Positions 13,523-26,754 of a stretch of 64,000 nucleotides of DNA are shown here, in pieces. Every line of letters starts with the position of its first letter. Position 1 is the first letter of the stretch. Source of the stretch: Ministeria vibrans ATCC 50519 (lineage: Eukaryota > Protista > Filasterea); the NCBI GenBank assembly GCA_943704425.1, contig CALSCP010002362.1:1-64000 (forward strand), read 5' to 3'. Position numbers and translations under genes: made by a program. Below the pieces are notes generated by a model. That model was not told the origin of the DNA. It worked only from the letters and a program-made list of their open reading frames with translations, and searched no databases.

Positions 13523-14137
13523 CTACTTTCGCTTTCGTTTCCGTAAAGGTGCACGAACACAACCAGTGTTGGCTTGGTGTATCTGCAGAAGATCACTAGC
13601 GACGCGACTGATATGTCTGAAGCGGTCTGTTCCAAGCTGGATGCCGCCGTACCAGCGTGAGACGACCAAAAGGACATTACGTGTGTCTGTGCAATCAACA
13701 TCATAATTATGAGTGAAGCACACCAGACGCAGTCCTACCTGATCTCTCCAAGATATGCGAGAGTCGCACCGCAGCTCCATGTTCCCCATCGTCGTTGTGT
13801 CCGCAGGTCACTTCGCCATCGCAAGCACTGACTGAGCGGAACGCACTAATGTTATGCGTTGCTTTTGCCACCTGAGGCTTCTCCTTCTTCAAACGCTCAA
13901 TGGCAGCATGCGCATCTTCTTTAGACGACACTTCACACAGGTGAGCCTACACAGCAAAGGGGTCACTAGTGCACCTTCGACCGTCACACAAGATCACACT
14001 TGTTGACGTGACGCTACCTGAAACTTGCTTTTCCTGTCCACAACCTCCTCTCCCGAGATGAATTGGTGACACAATGACACGCTGCGATGCAATAAGCGAA
14101 CACGAGAGACACGCGTGACACAACACCTTTTAATCAT
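13523..14137 (-). CDS. IMPACT/YigZ (UPF0029) domain protein without RWD domain; about 3 exons
   Basis: VVDRKSKFQ|AH, ATHNISAFR, DDGEHGAA, NVLLVVSRWYGGIQLGTDRFRHI. Confidence 0.88.
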
Positions 14138-14271
14138 GAAAAAAAAAATCAATGATCGAAAAGTATTATCAAAAATAAATTATTATTATTAATAATAATA
14201 ATAATAATAATAAAAATTAATAATAATAATAATTATTACCTTTTTTTTGTTTTCTCCAAGCTGCTTTCTAG

Positions 14272-17200
14272 ATGGACTTGGATACGCCATGGTACGAACG
14301 GTTGGCGGCGGTGTCGAACCAGCGCAGAACGGGAGGCGAAATTCCGTTAGGAATGCGAATTTGGTTGAGACAAGAGAAGCGAAAGCAGCGGCACGGTCTG
14401 CTGAGTGCCGAGCGTAGCGAACGCCTTGTCGTGGACGCACAAGTCCAGTGGTTGCCTCCCATTGGCGCGTTTGGTAAGATGCACTCAAAAGTAAAAGACC
14501 GTTTTGCGTTTCTGTCTCTTCATCTCCTCCGTCGCTCGCGCTTTGCCCGCAGAACGTGAATGGAGAGAAGAGTGCAAGGGCGTGATTGCCGACGAGGCAG
14601 CGGGCATGCCGCTGACGATCTACCAGCGGGGATGGAAACGCGCGCAGGGCATTCTCCTTCGCGACACCATGGCGGCGCACCAGCAGCTTCTGCCGGACCA
14701 GAAGGCGCTTCTGTTCGCTGCCGGGATCACGGCCAGTGCCCCTGTTGTGCCCGGCGATGACAATGACGAGTGGATGGGCGCTCACTCGCCGCTCTTTGAG
14801 GAGCTTGTTGTCTTTCGCAGTCGACACTCTCACATGCACATGACCAAGGTCGAGAACCCCGCATTGTACACGTGGATTGCGAACATGCGTCAGTTGTACG
14901 CCGATGGTAAACTGAGCGCGGCGCGCGTCGCTCTTCTTGAGGAAATTGGCTTCCAGTGGAATCGACGCGTTGCTCGTGCCGAAGCGTACATTGCCGACTT
15001 GCGTCGCCACGATCGCATCTTCAACTCCTTCGACGTTGCCGACACGTGGGCCGTCAACCCGCAACTGCGCGGTTGGCTCGATCGCGCCACCAAGGACTAC
15101 CGTCAGGGCAAACTCGAGGAGGAAACGATCGGCATGCTCCGTGCCATTGGCTACCCGCTTCCACCCTTCTCCTCGACCTACGACGTCGCCTGGAACACCA
15201 TGTACCAGCGTCTCGTGGCTCACCTGAAGCACACAGCGACACACCCGACACTCCCAGCGGCAAATACAACACCAATGGACACAACAGATGCGCCCACTGA
15301 CACATCCAACGTCGCGACCTCGACCACAACGACAACAACAACAACAGCAACAGCAACAACAACAACACCCGCTACTACCACTACAAATGCAACTGCGGAT
15401 GGTGTCCCTCCCGTCATGGACGAGGATCTTGCGCTCTGGTGCGAAAAACAACGCTCCAATTTCTGGGCGGGACTGCTCGTCGACGAGCAAATCCGATTGT
15501 TGCGCGAGATTCGCTTCGACTACGGCGAGTTTCCGTTGCAACGGTTGTCGCGCGAGGCACAGCAGCTCGAGCAGCCCACATCGGCCGCAGCACAGGAGTG
15601 GGAGCGCAATTTTGCTCTGCTCAAGTCGCACATTGAACGTTATGGAACGTGTCGTGTGCCCTTAACACCCCGCTATGCCACATTGGCTGAGTGGTGCGAC
15701 ACGCAGCGCGATATGTACCGCTTCAAGGTGCTTCCCACAACGCACGAGAGTCGTCTTGCGGCTGTCATGTTCCCCTGGAGCAGCACACCCAAGGCATCGG
15801 GCGCACTGCTGGGCAAGGACGACGCATGGGAGTGCCACTTTTCTTCCCTGCAAATGTTTGTCCTGAAACATGGACACGCCGACGTGACCCGAACGCCGCC
15901 GGGCGCCACCGCAGACGCCAACCTTGTGCGTTGGATGGCACGGTGTCGTCGCGACTTGCGCGAGGGGCGTGCCGTCTACCAGCGTGCGGTGCGTCTCGAT
16001 GCCCTTGGCGTCGTCTGGGCCGAAGAGGGTGCGCAGCCTGTCGACGCCGCTCTCGCCATGCACAATCTTTCCACTTCCGCCTTCACCCCATCGGCTGCCG
16101 GAGTCACCCCGCCGTCTTCATCGACGTTGCGTCGCACCCATTCGGGTCGTCGTGTTGCTGCTGCGGCCGCATCCCTCTCCGCTGCACAGTGTGTCAAAGA
16201 CGCGGACGGCGACGAGTCGGATCGCAGTGAGCCAGTCGATCACGACTGGTCTGGCATTGCGCCCGCTACACCGCCCACGTTTACCACTGCCACTACCACC
16301 GCCACCGCCATTACTACTACTCCTGCTACTGCTACTACCAGTGCAGCGCCGACTCCCTCCACACCTGCAGCAGAACGACGCGAAGCTGAATGGCAAAACT
16401 TCTTTCAGGAGTTGGTGGTGTTTCGCGCGTCGCACGGGCACTGCCATGTCCCACGTGACTACGCCACAGACTCTCAGCTCTGCACGTGGATTCTTCGTCA
16501 GCGCGATGCCTATCGCAAGGGTCGTCTTGACCCATCGCATCTCGTGCAGCTGCAGTCTATCGACTTCATTTTCCACACCATGCCACGCGAAGAGCGTCTC
16601 TTCATCGAACGCCTCGATGACCTCAAGGCCTTTCGCGCTGCCCATGGTCATTGCAACGTTCCCGAGAACTACGAGAACGACCGACTGGCGCGCTGGGTGA
16701 CGCGTCTGCGTGTCGAGTATCGGCGTCGCAAGCTTCTCAAGCAGCACTACGATCGTGCCGTTGCCGTGGGCCTGCAGTTTCCCGCTGCCGGTGGTACCCT
16801 TGACGGCCCACTGCTCGCCGACATGTCTGTGCCCGCCACCGAAACATTTGCTGCCGGCGCATCGTCTACTACGACTACCAGTGCTGCTGCTTCGCCTTCA
16901 GCCGCCTCTGTGACTGCTGTTGCCACTCCGACTGTGTCGCAAATCTCGCACGTGGACGTGACGATTGACTGGACAGAGCGCATGGCGGAGCTGCTTGAGT
17001 TCAAGATGGCCAATGGACACTGTAAGGTCCCCAAGAAGTACCAGCCGCGACCGTACCTGGGTCGGTGGGTGGCGCAGCTGCGCACCGACTACTGGAGTGG
17101 GTCGCTGTCGGACGAGCACGCGACAGAGCTCAACAAGCTCGACTTCTCGTGGGACCAAGGGGCAGGCAGCAGCACGCTCGCGACACACGGACACTGGGAG

Positions 17201-17861
17201 GAGCGCTTTGCCGAGCTGCAAAACATCATTGCGAACCATGGCGGAACAATGCCCGGCAAGATTGAAGGCAACCAGCGCCTCGGCACCTGGTGCAAGCAGC
17301 AGCGTGCCATGCACCGCAAGGGAAAGCTTGCTCAAGTACGCTCAATTGGTTTACTTCATCCGTGTGATTACGACTACCCGATTGAATTGAATTGCATATG
17401 CAATGTGTGGTCCCTATTTTCTCATTTTATTTTTTTCTATTTTTTTAGGACCGCGTTGACCGTCTGCAGGACATTGGGTTTGATCTGGTGCGAGAGGCGG
17501 CAGGACCTGGTCCAGCGTGGGAGCAACAACTCAAGGCACTTGCTGCGTACAAGGAGACGCATGGCAACTGCAATGTCCCCCGTCGCTACACCCTGGACTC
17601 CTCCCTTGCCGCTTGGGTTGATCGCCAGCGCCGACTCTATCGGAAAGGTATGAGGAAGCAGAAGAAGGAAGCAACCCCCTGACTATCATTTCTGCTGTAG
17701 GGAAACTCGAGGACAATCGCTTCCAGCAGCTGGATGCCCTTGGCTTCACCTGGTCGTTCAAGGTCGATCCCAGCTCGCGTCCGGCCAAAATTGTCACCAA
17801 CGAACACGGCGAAATCCTCGACGACAGCGACTTGTTGATGCACAGCGACGATGAACAATGA
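14272..17861 (+). CDS. Protein of about 11-12 helicase-associated (HA, PF03457-like) repeats, no helicase domain; 4 exons
   Basis: Repeated W..(R/N)F.EL..F...HGHC.VP..Y....L..WV..QR..Y..GKL...R...L..LGF.W. Confidence 0.88.
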
Positions 17862-17965
17862 AGAATGAACAACAGGAGAGAAGAGAGAATGATACCTTTT
17901 GACTCAAATGTCCCAGTAGAATCACTATCAACCTTTCATTCCACAATTCGCGATACAATTTGAAG

Positions 17966-18457
17966 CTAATTCACTCCGTACTTGGCAGCAAGAGTGTCGA
18001 CGTGGTCGATGTACGTCTTCTCGGCGTCCTCCTTGGACATTCCTAAGAGCCAAATGCGTTTGATTCGCAAACAAAAGCCAAAACGGCAAAACCTCGTTGG
18101 AATCACGTTTTCATTCGCGTACCCTTCTTTCCATTCCACGCATCCCATTTATACTTGCCGGTAAAGTCCAGCATACCCGGGCGCTCTGAAAAAAGACGCG
18201 TGAGGAGATGAAAGAAATGAGGAAAACAAATGAGAGGTTCGATGACAGAGAAAGTCTCAACAGGACCGCCTGACGCACGCAACCGACACACGCGCACGCA
18301 CACACACACCGACAGACAGACAGCATCGCGTACCGGTGTTGCAGTCGCCGATGGTCGCCTGTTTGAAGAGCGCGTACGTCGTGAGCATCTCCTCGTCGCT
18401 CGGCTTCTCCTTGAGCGTCTTCACGCGGGCGGCAGCGTCGTTAAAGGCAGCAGACAT
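17966..18457 (-). CDS. DBI: Acyl-CoA-binding protein; 3 exons
   Basis: [23 protein letters not shown]|[31 protein letters not shown]. Confidence 0.95.
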
Positions 18458-18746
18458 GATTACAGTGCAAGTTCGTAAATGATGAAGATAAAAAGTAAAA
18501 AGTAAAAACTAAAAAGATAAAAGTCATAACTTTTTAAGATAATAATAAGTTTAGATCAACTGTGAAGAGTAAAGACTGAAGTTGTTTGTGACTTGAACTA
18601 ATCAAGACTCAAAAGCGAGCGTCGAGCAAAGACGGCTGACAGCTAACTCGCTTGTGACTTGACTATCAGGGTGATTATATATTTGTCGCGCAACAAGACG
18701 TGTATAATAATATTAATTGTGTAACTTTCGGCTCCTCTTCACTCTC

Positions 18747-20626
18747 TCACTTCAAGTCTGGCGCAACAAATGAAATATCATCCCAAGGATGTCTGTCAAA
18801 AAAGAAAACAAAAAGAAGAAAAAAAGTTATTTAGACGACAACACATCACCCATTTTAATGTGCTACCGGTAAAGGCCCTGCTTGAGACGCTTCTGGTCAA
18901 GATGATGGCCAATGAAGCCGATGCTCCGCCCGAGCACAAAAATGCCGTTGAGCGAGCCAATCTCAATGTACTCGCGGGCCTCCTCGGCGGTAAAGGCGCC
19001 ACAGGAGCGCAGCAGATCGACCATGCAGACGGCAATGGCGCCGTCGACATTGAGGATCAGGTTGGGCTTCTTTGTTGTCGTAATGGCCTCGACCGAACGC
19101 GCATAGTCAAGCAAAGGGGTCGCTGGAAAATTGTCCTTGCAGAACTGGCAGATGAGCTCCACTCGCTTGTCCGGATTGTCAATGCTCTTGACCTACATCA
19201 CCAAAAAGAAAAAAAANNNNNNNNNNNNNNNNNNNNNNNNNNNNNNNNNNNNNNNNNNNNNNNNNNNNNNNNNNNNNNNNNNNNNNNNNNNNNNNNNNNN
19301 NNNNNNNNNNNNNNNNNNNNNNNNNNNNNNNNNNNNNNNNNNNNNNNNNNNNNNNNNNNNNNNNNNNNNNNNNNNNNNNNNNNNNNNNNNNNNNNNNNNN
19401 NNNNNNNNNNNNNNNNNNNNNNNNNNNNNNNNNNNNNNNNNNNNNNNNNNNNNNNNNNNNNNNNNNNNNNNNNNNNNNNNNNNNNNNNNNNNNNNNNNNN
19501 NNNNNNNNNNNNNNNNNNNNNNNNNNNNNNNNNNNNNNNNNNNNNNNNNNNNNNNNNNNNNNNNNNNNNNNNNNNNNNNNNNNNNNNNNNNNNNNNNNNN
19601 NNNNNNNNNNNNNNNNNNNNNNNNNNNNNNNNNNNNNNNNNNNNNNNNNNNNNNNNNNNNNNNNNNNNNNNNNNNNNNNNNNNNNNNNNNNNNNNNNNNN
19701 NNNNNNNNNNNNNNNNNNNNNNNNNNNNNNNNNNNNNNNNNNNNNNNNNNNNNNNNNNNNNNNNNNNNNNNNNNNNNNNNNNNNNNNNNNNNNNNNNNNN
19801 NNNNNNNNNNNNNNNNNNNNNNNNNNNNNNNNNNNNNNNNNNNNNNNNNNNNNNNNNNNNNNNNNNNNNNNNNNNNNNNNNNNNNNNNNNNNNNNNNNNN
19901 NNNNNNNNNNNNNNNNNNNNNNNNNNNNNNNNNNNNNNNNNNNNNNNNNNNNNNNNNNNNNNNNNNNNNNNNNNNNNNNNNNNNNNNNNNNNNNNNNNNN
20001 NNNNNNNNNNNNNNNNNNNNNNNNNNNNNNNNNNNNNNNNNNNNNNNNNNNNNNNNNNNNNNNNNNNNNNNNNNNNNNNNNNNNNNNNNNNNNNNNNNNN
20101 NNNNNNNNNNNNNNNNNNAAAAAAAAAAAGTTCGAAAATGCACCATAATAATATCAAAAACAAACAAACAAAAAAAAACCTTCTCGCACCTTGAGACCAC
20201 CAACAGTGGCGGGACCAATGATAACAACACCCTTGTCGCGCGCAGCCTTGTTGAGACGGCGTGTGTCTCGCTCGGGGATACCCTCGGCAATGACAGCAAT
20301 GGCGCGGAAAACGCCCAGAGCCAGAGCCGAGTTGACGACGCCTGGGGCAGAGCGCAACGACGCAAAGTTGACGAGAACGGTGACATGCGGATGGCGCTCG
20401 ACTGCTTCGGCAACCGTCGTGTATACGGGCACCATGACCTCTTTGCGGCCCCAGTAGAAGCGCTGCGAGTGGTTTCCGCCAAAGGGGTACACCATGGCAG
20501 CGACGGAAGGGGTCGCGCGACCACAAGCCGTGTCAAAGTCAAACATGCCCTGGACGGCTCGCGGTTGCATCCCAAACACAATCGACGTGGTCGACGACGA
20601 GAAGAGCGGCTCAGGACCACTCGATA

Positions 20627-20657
<31 letters not shown>

Positions 20658-22744
20658 CGCCACCTGAGCCTCACTTGTCTCTTCACCTGAACACGCCGGC
20701 ACACTTGCGTTCGTATCGTCGGCCGAGGACGAAGGTGAGTCGGAGCGCCCTTGAAAGAGCTTCTCAGTGTAGCTAGACTCCAACGCAACGTCGGGCGCCT
20801 CCATCTGGCCAAGGGCCATGGCCACAATGGCCGTCATGTGCGTCTCGGGCCCGTACACATGAATGGGCACACGCAACGAGTGCCCCAAATCGCTCATCAT
20901 GCGCAGTCCTTCCTGGTAATTGGGTCCACCACGACGCACATACACGCGAATCTGATGCTCCGCAATGAGATGGTGGTACTCAGTCAGCGCACGCACAATA
21001 CCCTTGAACGTCGACGCAACATTGGTGAAGTTGGCAATGCCTCCGCCCACAATGAGCACCTTGCCCTCAGCGCGCACTTCCCGCGTCATCAGATCCAAAA
21101 TCGTCTTGGCATACTCGTACGTTTGCGTTTCGCTTGGCGCGCCGCTGTACTCTCCATAGTTGGCCAATTCATCTGCAGAAGAAAAAAAAAAAGAGTGTGT
21201 TGTTGATGTTTTCAGTTACACAAATGAATGAGTTATTAATGAGTGCGTTTGTTTCGTGTGTGTGAATGTAGTGTGCGTGAGTGAATTTTTGAGATTGCGA
21301 CGGACCTGCAGCACCCAAGTCGCAGATGCTGTCGCTGTACACGACGGATGCACCGCCCCCAGCAACCATCGTCCACACGCGCCCCTTTGGGTTGAGAATC
21401 GTCAACTTCAAAGACGATCCTACAAACAACAAAAGCACCAACGGTTTGTTGTGAGCACCTAGTTCCTTCGTATCCGTTTCCTTTCGTAATTTCGTACCAC
21501 TCTTGGCATCAAGTTGGCTCACATACAGCTCTTCGGGAGTCATGGAGCGACCAAAGGGCGCAGGAAAGTTAATTTCGCCCCAGACTGCGTGACATTGATG
21601 GGCGGCCGTCTCGTCAATCTTGGCGGCAAGGTCGAGGACGTGCACTGTGTCGGTGCCCGTCATGACGAGCGGGTTGATCTCAAGGTAGGTAAAGTGCAGT
21701 CGTGCAAAGGTCCGGTGCAAGCCTTGGATGAAGCGCGCCAGTGCCTGAGAATAATACATATGTGCAAATGTGCAGTATACACATGTGAGTACAAAAGGTA
21801 CGTCTTGTGGAAATAGTTCCGTTTGCTCGTACGGGACGACGGTTCTCGGGCACATTGACCAACAAAGAGTTGGCAGCTTCGTCCGAAAGGATTTCGTCAG
21901 CCGAGTTGAGTGCAGTAGGCACAGTGACGGTGAGTGCCTTGGCATCCACGTCGCCGACATCCACGCCGCCTAAAAAAACAAAATTTAGTGCAATGCAATT
22001 TATGAATGTGATGGGACAGATAGCTGTACCTTCGTTGGTGAACATGATGCAGTCGCCCTCGTTGCAGCCGAGGATGGCAACGTAGTACTCGTCGGCGTCG
22101 CTATGGGGCACAAAGGGCGACACAATGAATCGGTGCAGCGTGCCTGACACAGCGCCCACCGACACCGTTGAGCCTTGCTTCTCCTTGATCCACGCAACGG
22201 CGCCCGCCCAGTCCACGTTGACCTTTACCAGCCCGAGCTTTCCACGACGCTTGATGAGCTGGAAATAGACGGGACAATACGCCACGAAAGGTTAAAATAG
22301 GCTCGTGGATGAGTTTGAAGAAATTGTGCTTTTGTTCCAACGACACGCTTTGCAGTGTTTCGGAGGATTACCTGGTCGGGTTTGGCCACGAGACGCTCGG
22401 TAAGAAGCCAGGGGTTCTCTTTGGCAAGAGCATCGAGGTCTGCAAGAACGAGCAAATGAGAAATAGACGTTAGGGAGATTTTGGTGATCGTGACATTGTC
22501 TTGAGCTGCAGTTCAGCACTTACCCGAGTCGACAGTGACAGCAACAGCTTTGATGTCTACTTTGGGCGTAAGCGATTCTCGCAACAAACGCTAAGGGAGA
22601 GAGGAGGAGGTCAAAGGAGCACACGCGTGATCGGAAGTTCGGTGTTTGAAAAAAAGGCGAAAACAGAAGAAAACAGAAGAAAAACACAGAGTCAGAAGGA
22701 ATTCTTACGAGTCCATCGACCTCGTGAATAGCCTTGGCGCTCAT
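18747..22744 (-). CDS. ACLY: ATP-citrate lyase, fused single chain; multi-exon, ~900-nt N gap
   Basis: [94 protein letters not shown]|HPWDDI. Confidence 0.96.
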
Positions 22745-22808
22745 GACGGTGCGAAAAAGAGTTTATTTTGTGTTTTATAGATAGTCTCCGATTTTCAGAT
22801 CGATCTCA

Positions 22809-22819
22809 TTCATTGGCTG
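22809..22819 (-). promoter_or_regulatory. CCAAT box (AGCCAATGA) in the 137-bp bidirectional ACLY/OSC intergenic region
   Basis: tcattggctg on + strand fits the NF-Y consensus and sits centrally between divergent ATGs. Confidence 0.35.
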
Positions 22820-22881
22820 AGCCTGACATGACTTTTTTTTTCTCTCTCTCTCTCCCTCACTCTATCTCGCTTCTTTCAAAT

Positions 22882-25376
22882 ATGAGCAAGTGGGACAGAC
22901 CGTGCACGACGCCAGTGCGTCGACAGACGGTGGCGCCGAAGACGGACTTGACGCGGTGGCGTCTGACTGTGGCGGATGGGCGGCAGTACTGGACGTACCT
23001 TGACGACGACAGCGACGAGCGACTCGCCGAGGCGGTGCCGCTGTCGACGCGATACCACCTGGGCATTGGAGACGGGGTGCTTATTGGCGAGGCGCGCGAG
23101 GATCGGCCGGACGTGGCGCCGACGGTGGACGAGGCGATGGAATCGGGAGTTGGATTCTTTGCGGCGTTGCAGACGGACGACGGCCACTGGGCCGGCGACT
23201 ACGGCGGCCCCATGTTTCTCTTGCCAGGCCTGGCCATTGTCGAGCACGTGACGGGCGGTCTGCAGCTGGGTGAAGCGCGTCGGGCGGAAATCTCGCGGTA
23301 TCTCTTGAACATGCAGGCGGACGACGGCGGCTGGGGCATCCACATCGAGTCGGAGTCGACCGTGTTTGGCACGGTTCTCACCTACGTTGCACTGCGTCTC
23401 TTTGGTCTTGCGGCCGACAATGAGCGAGCCAAGGTAGCGATTCACAAAACAGAATTCATGTTGTTTTATTGACATCTTCGCACTTTGTACAGCGCGCTCG
23501 TGCATGGATTCAAGAGCATGGAGGGGCCATTCACATTCCTTCGTGGGGCAAATTCTGGCTCTCTGTTGCCAATCTGTACAGTTGGGACGGCTCCAACTCG
23601 CTCTTTCCCGAAATGAACCTGCTGCCGCGCTGGGCACCCCTGCATCCCTGCAAGTTGTGGTCGTACACTCGCACCGTCTACATGCCAATGAGCTACTTGC
23701 AGGCGTTGCGGTTCCAGGCCCCGTTGAGCGACCTCATTATGGAGCTGCGTAGCGAGATCTACTGTGCGCCCTACGACACAATCGACTGGGCATCCACGCG
23801 CAATCTGGTGCACAAGATTGACTTGTACCGCCCGACGTCGCTTGTGTTCCGCTCCGTCCAACACATTCTCAATGCATACGAGCACTATGTGGTGGGGCGT
23901 GTGCCATTTCTGCGCAACCGCTCTCTGCGCTGGCTTGAGGAGATTCTCGATGCCGAAGACCGGTTCACCAAGTTTCTCGACATTGGGCCGGTGAGCAAGG
24001 CCATGCACGTCCTCATTGCATTTGTGCGTCACGGCGCTGCCTCGCACGAGTTCCGCCAGCACGTCGATCGCGTCAAGGACTACCTATGGATGGGACGCGA
24101 CGGCATGAAAATGAACGGCACCAATGGCTCGCAGCTGTGGGACACGGCGTTTGCGCTGCAGGCGGCGGCGTGTCTGCCCGAGTCCTTGCGCAAACGCCAT
24201 GCGCCAGTGCTCGCCCGCGCTGCCCGGTTTGTCGACCACATGCAGATTCGCACAGACCACCCGGACCATGACAGATACTATCGCGATCGCTGTCAGGGTG
24301 GCTGGCCCTTTAGCACGCGTGACATTGGATGGCCCGTTGCCGACTGCACAGTACAAGAGAGAGACAGAACGAGAGAGAGAAAGGGAGAGAAGAAAAAAGC
24401 AAAGTGATAGAGATAGAGAGGAGAAAGAAACGAAGTGATATAGAGAGAGTAGAAAGAAACAAAGTGATAGAGAAGTGACAAGTTGTATAAATTATTTATT
24501 GTTAGGCGGAAGGACTGAAAGCGTCGCTTGTGAGCACTCGATATGGGATGACAGACGCACCGCTGTCGCAGGAGCGTCTTGAAGACGCCGTGGACCGTCT
24601 GTTGGCGTACCAGAGCAGCAATGGTGGATATGCGACGTGTGAGCGCATGCGCGGAGCCCCCTGGTTTGAGCTGTTCAATGCCAGTGAGGTTTTTGGCGAC
24701 ATTATGATTGACTACACGGTAAGAACAAGTGTGGCGTGATTCACAAGCGACTTGACACTTCCTGCTTCCTTTTTTTTTTTTGTAGTATGTGGAGTGCACG
24801 AGTGCGGTGGTGCAGAGCCTGTGCTACTTTCGCTCGATGCACGAGACGTACCGCCGACGCGAGATGGACGCGTGTGTGGGAAAGGCGGTGGCGCATGTAC
24901 GATCATTGCAGCGCACTGATGGCTCGTGGGAAGGGCTGTGGGGTGTGTGTTTCACGTATGCGACGTGGTTTGGCGTGGCTGCGCTGGCGAGTGCCGGGGT
25001 GGATGTGCGACGCGATGAGGCGGTGGAGCGGGCGTGTGCGTTCCTGGTGGCGCACGAGCACCCCGAGGGTGGCTGGGGCGAGTCCTTCCTGTCGTGTGTG
25101 ACGCGCGAGTATGTCTCCACCGACCATCCAATGGTGGTTAACACCGCCTGGGCACTCTTGACACTGCTCGATGCGCAGAGCACGCACACGGACGTTATTG
25201 AGCGCGCCGTGCGGGTGCTTCTGCGCCGTCAGTTGTGCTCGGGCGACTGGGCCGAAGAGAACATCATGGGTGTCTTCAACAAGAACTGCATGATCTCCTA
25301 CTCAAACTACAAGAACATCTTCCCACTCTGGGCTCTGGCCCGCTACCGCCAGTGCTACCCCAACTCAGAGTTATAA
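22882..25376 (+). CDS. LSS: Oxidosqualene cyclase, lanosterol-synthase type; 4 exons
   Basis: TDLTRWRL, LQTDDGHWAGDYGGPMFLLPG, MNGTNGSQLWDT, GWPVADCT|AEGLK, QW motifs, GVFNKNCMISYSNYKNIFPLWAL. Confidence 0.95.
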
Positions 25377-25452
25377 CTGATAAAACATAATAATTATTAT
25401 TATTTTTTTTATTATTTTGCTATTGCTACACAACTTGACACCACCACCACCA

Positions 25453-26391
25453 CTATTGAAGTCCGCCCGGCGGTGGTTTGACCTTGATCGACTGAGTGAG
25501 GTCCTCTTCGACCTTTTTCAGCTGTTCGTTGCTGACCTCGTCAAGCTCCGTTTCGACCTGCTCGACAGCATGCACCTCGGGGATGTAGTGCATCATCATG
25601 CCTTCAATGCCGTTCTTGAGTGTCACCGTCGACGACGGACACGTTGCACAGGCGCCCTGCAGCTCCACACGGACGATGCCGTCGACAAACGACACGTAGC
25701 GAATGTCTCCGCCGTCCTCTTGAACAAAGGGACGGATTCGTGACTCGAGCAGTTCTTTGATGAGCACGACCGTCTCCGAGTCGCTCTCAAGGATGCGCGT
25801 GTCGTCGTGTTGCTGGTCACTGGCACCACCGTCGTCAAACGTCTCGTCGATGGTGGGCAAGCCCGACGAGAAAAAGTCTGTGATGGCCGCCCACAAGTCG
25901 GGCTTGAGCACCGTCCACGCGTGCTCGTCGCTCTTGTTCACGCTGATAAACGTCTCGCCCAGCATGACTCCCGTGACACCGTCGACGCGAAACAAGGCGC
26001 GCGCCAACGGCGACCGCTGCGCCGCTTTGAAGTCCCGAAACTCGTACGTGCCCGAGTCGACCACGCTGACGCCCGGTACAAACTTGAGCGCGTTCGGGTT
26101 GGGCGTTTCGTACGTCTAACGAATGAAAAACGTAAGAAGAAGGGAAAAAAGGAAGGATAGAGAATAAACCTGAATAAACATAGAACGACTCGGTTGAGCG
26201 CACGGAGAGCGACGCAACATGAACAAGCGTGACTGTTGAGAGGGGCAGGCAAAGCGAGGGAACGCTGTGCGTGACGATGACAGCGCAAAGGTCGAGAGAG
26301 TGCGTCCAAGACGAGCACATCCTCGCACTGTGCCCTGCTGCTGCTGCTGCCTCACTGCGCGACCTACGACCGCCACGATGTGCTTCAGCAT
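25453..26391 (-). CDS. NFU1: Mitochondrial Fe-S cluster scaffold NFU1; 2 exons
   Basis: Arg-rich presequence, SMFIQ|TYETPNPNALKF, IRPFVQEDGGDI, GACATCPSSTVTLKNGIE. Confidence 0.96.
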
Positions 26392-26754
26392 GATTCAAAT
26401 AATAACTATAATTTGAAGGATCGTTGAAGAATGATTTACTGAATGAAGTTTGAACTGCGATGACAAATCGACACTCACAGCTCAAAGGTGAAAGAGTTAC
26501 AAAAAAAAAAAAAAAAAGTTTCAGCTTGTAAGACATTGNNNNNNNACACCCTAAACCAAATAGCACAGAGCAGCGAATCGAGCGAAAATTGGGTCAGATA
26601 TACACTCAATTCTTGACATCTTACAAACTGCAAAAGTTGCGAGTGTTAGCAAAATCGTCCAAAAAGATGCCTTCTTACAGACTGAGCAGCCCAACGTTGC
26701 CACGCCCAGAAGCGCAAGATAAGGAGTTAGAATCAATTGAAGCAATCATCCAGT

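Noticed and set aside
14189-15631. 480-aa minus-strand ORF and many other long antisense ORFs (e.g. 32735-33877, 33430-34410, 12000-12830)
   Set aside because: Shadows of GC-rich coding sequence on the opposite strand; no motifs.
18770-20827. Long ORFs spanning the N run
   Set aside because: Artefacts of translating through an assembly gap inside ACLY.
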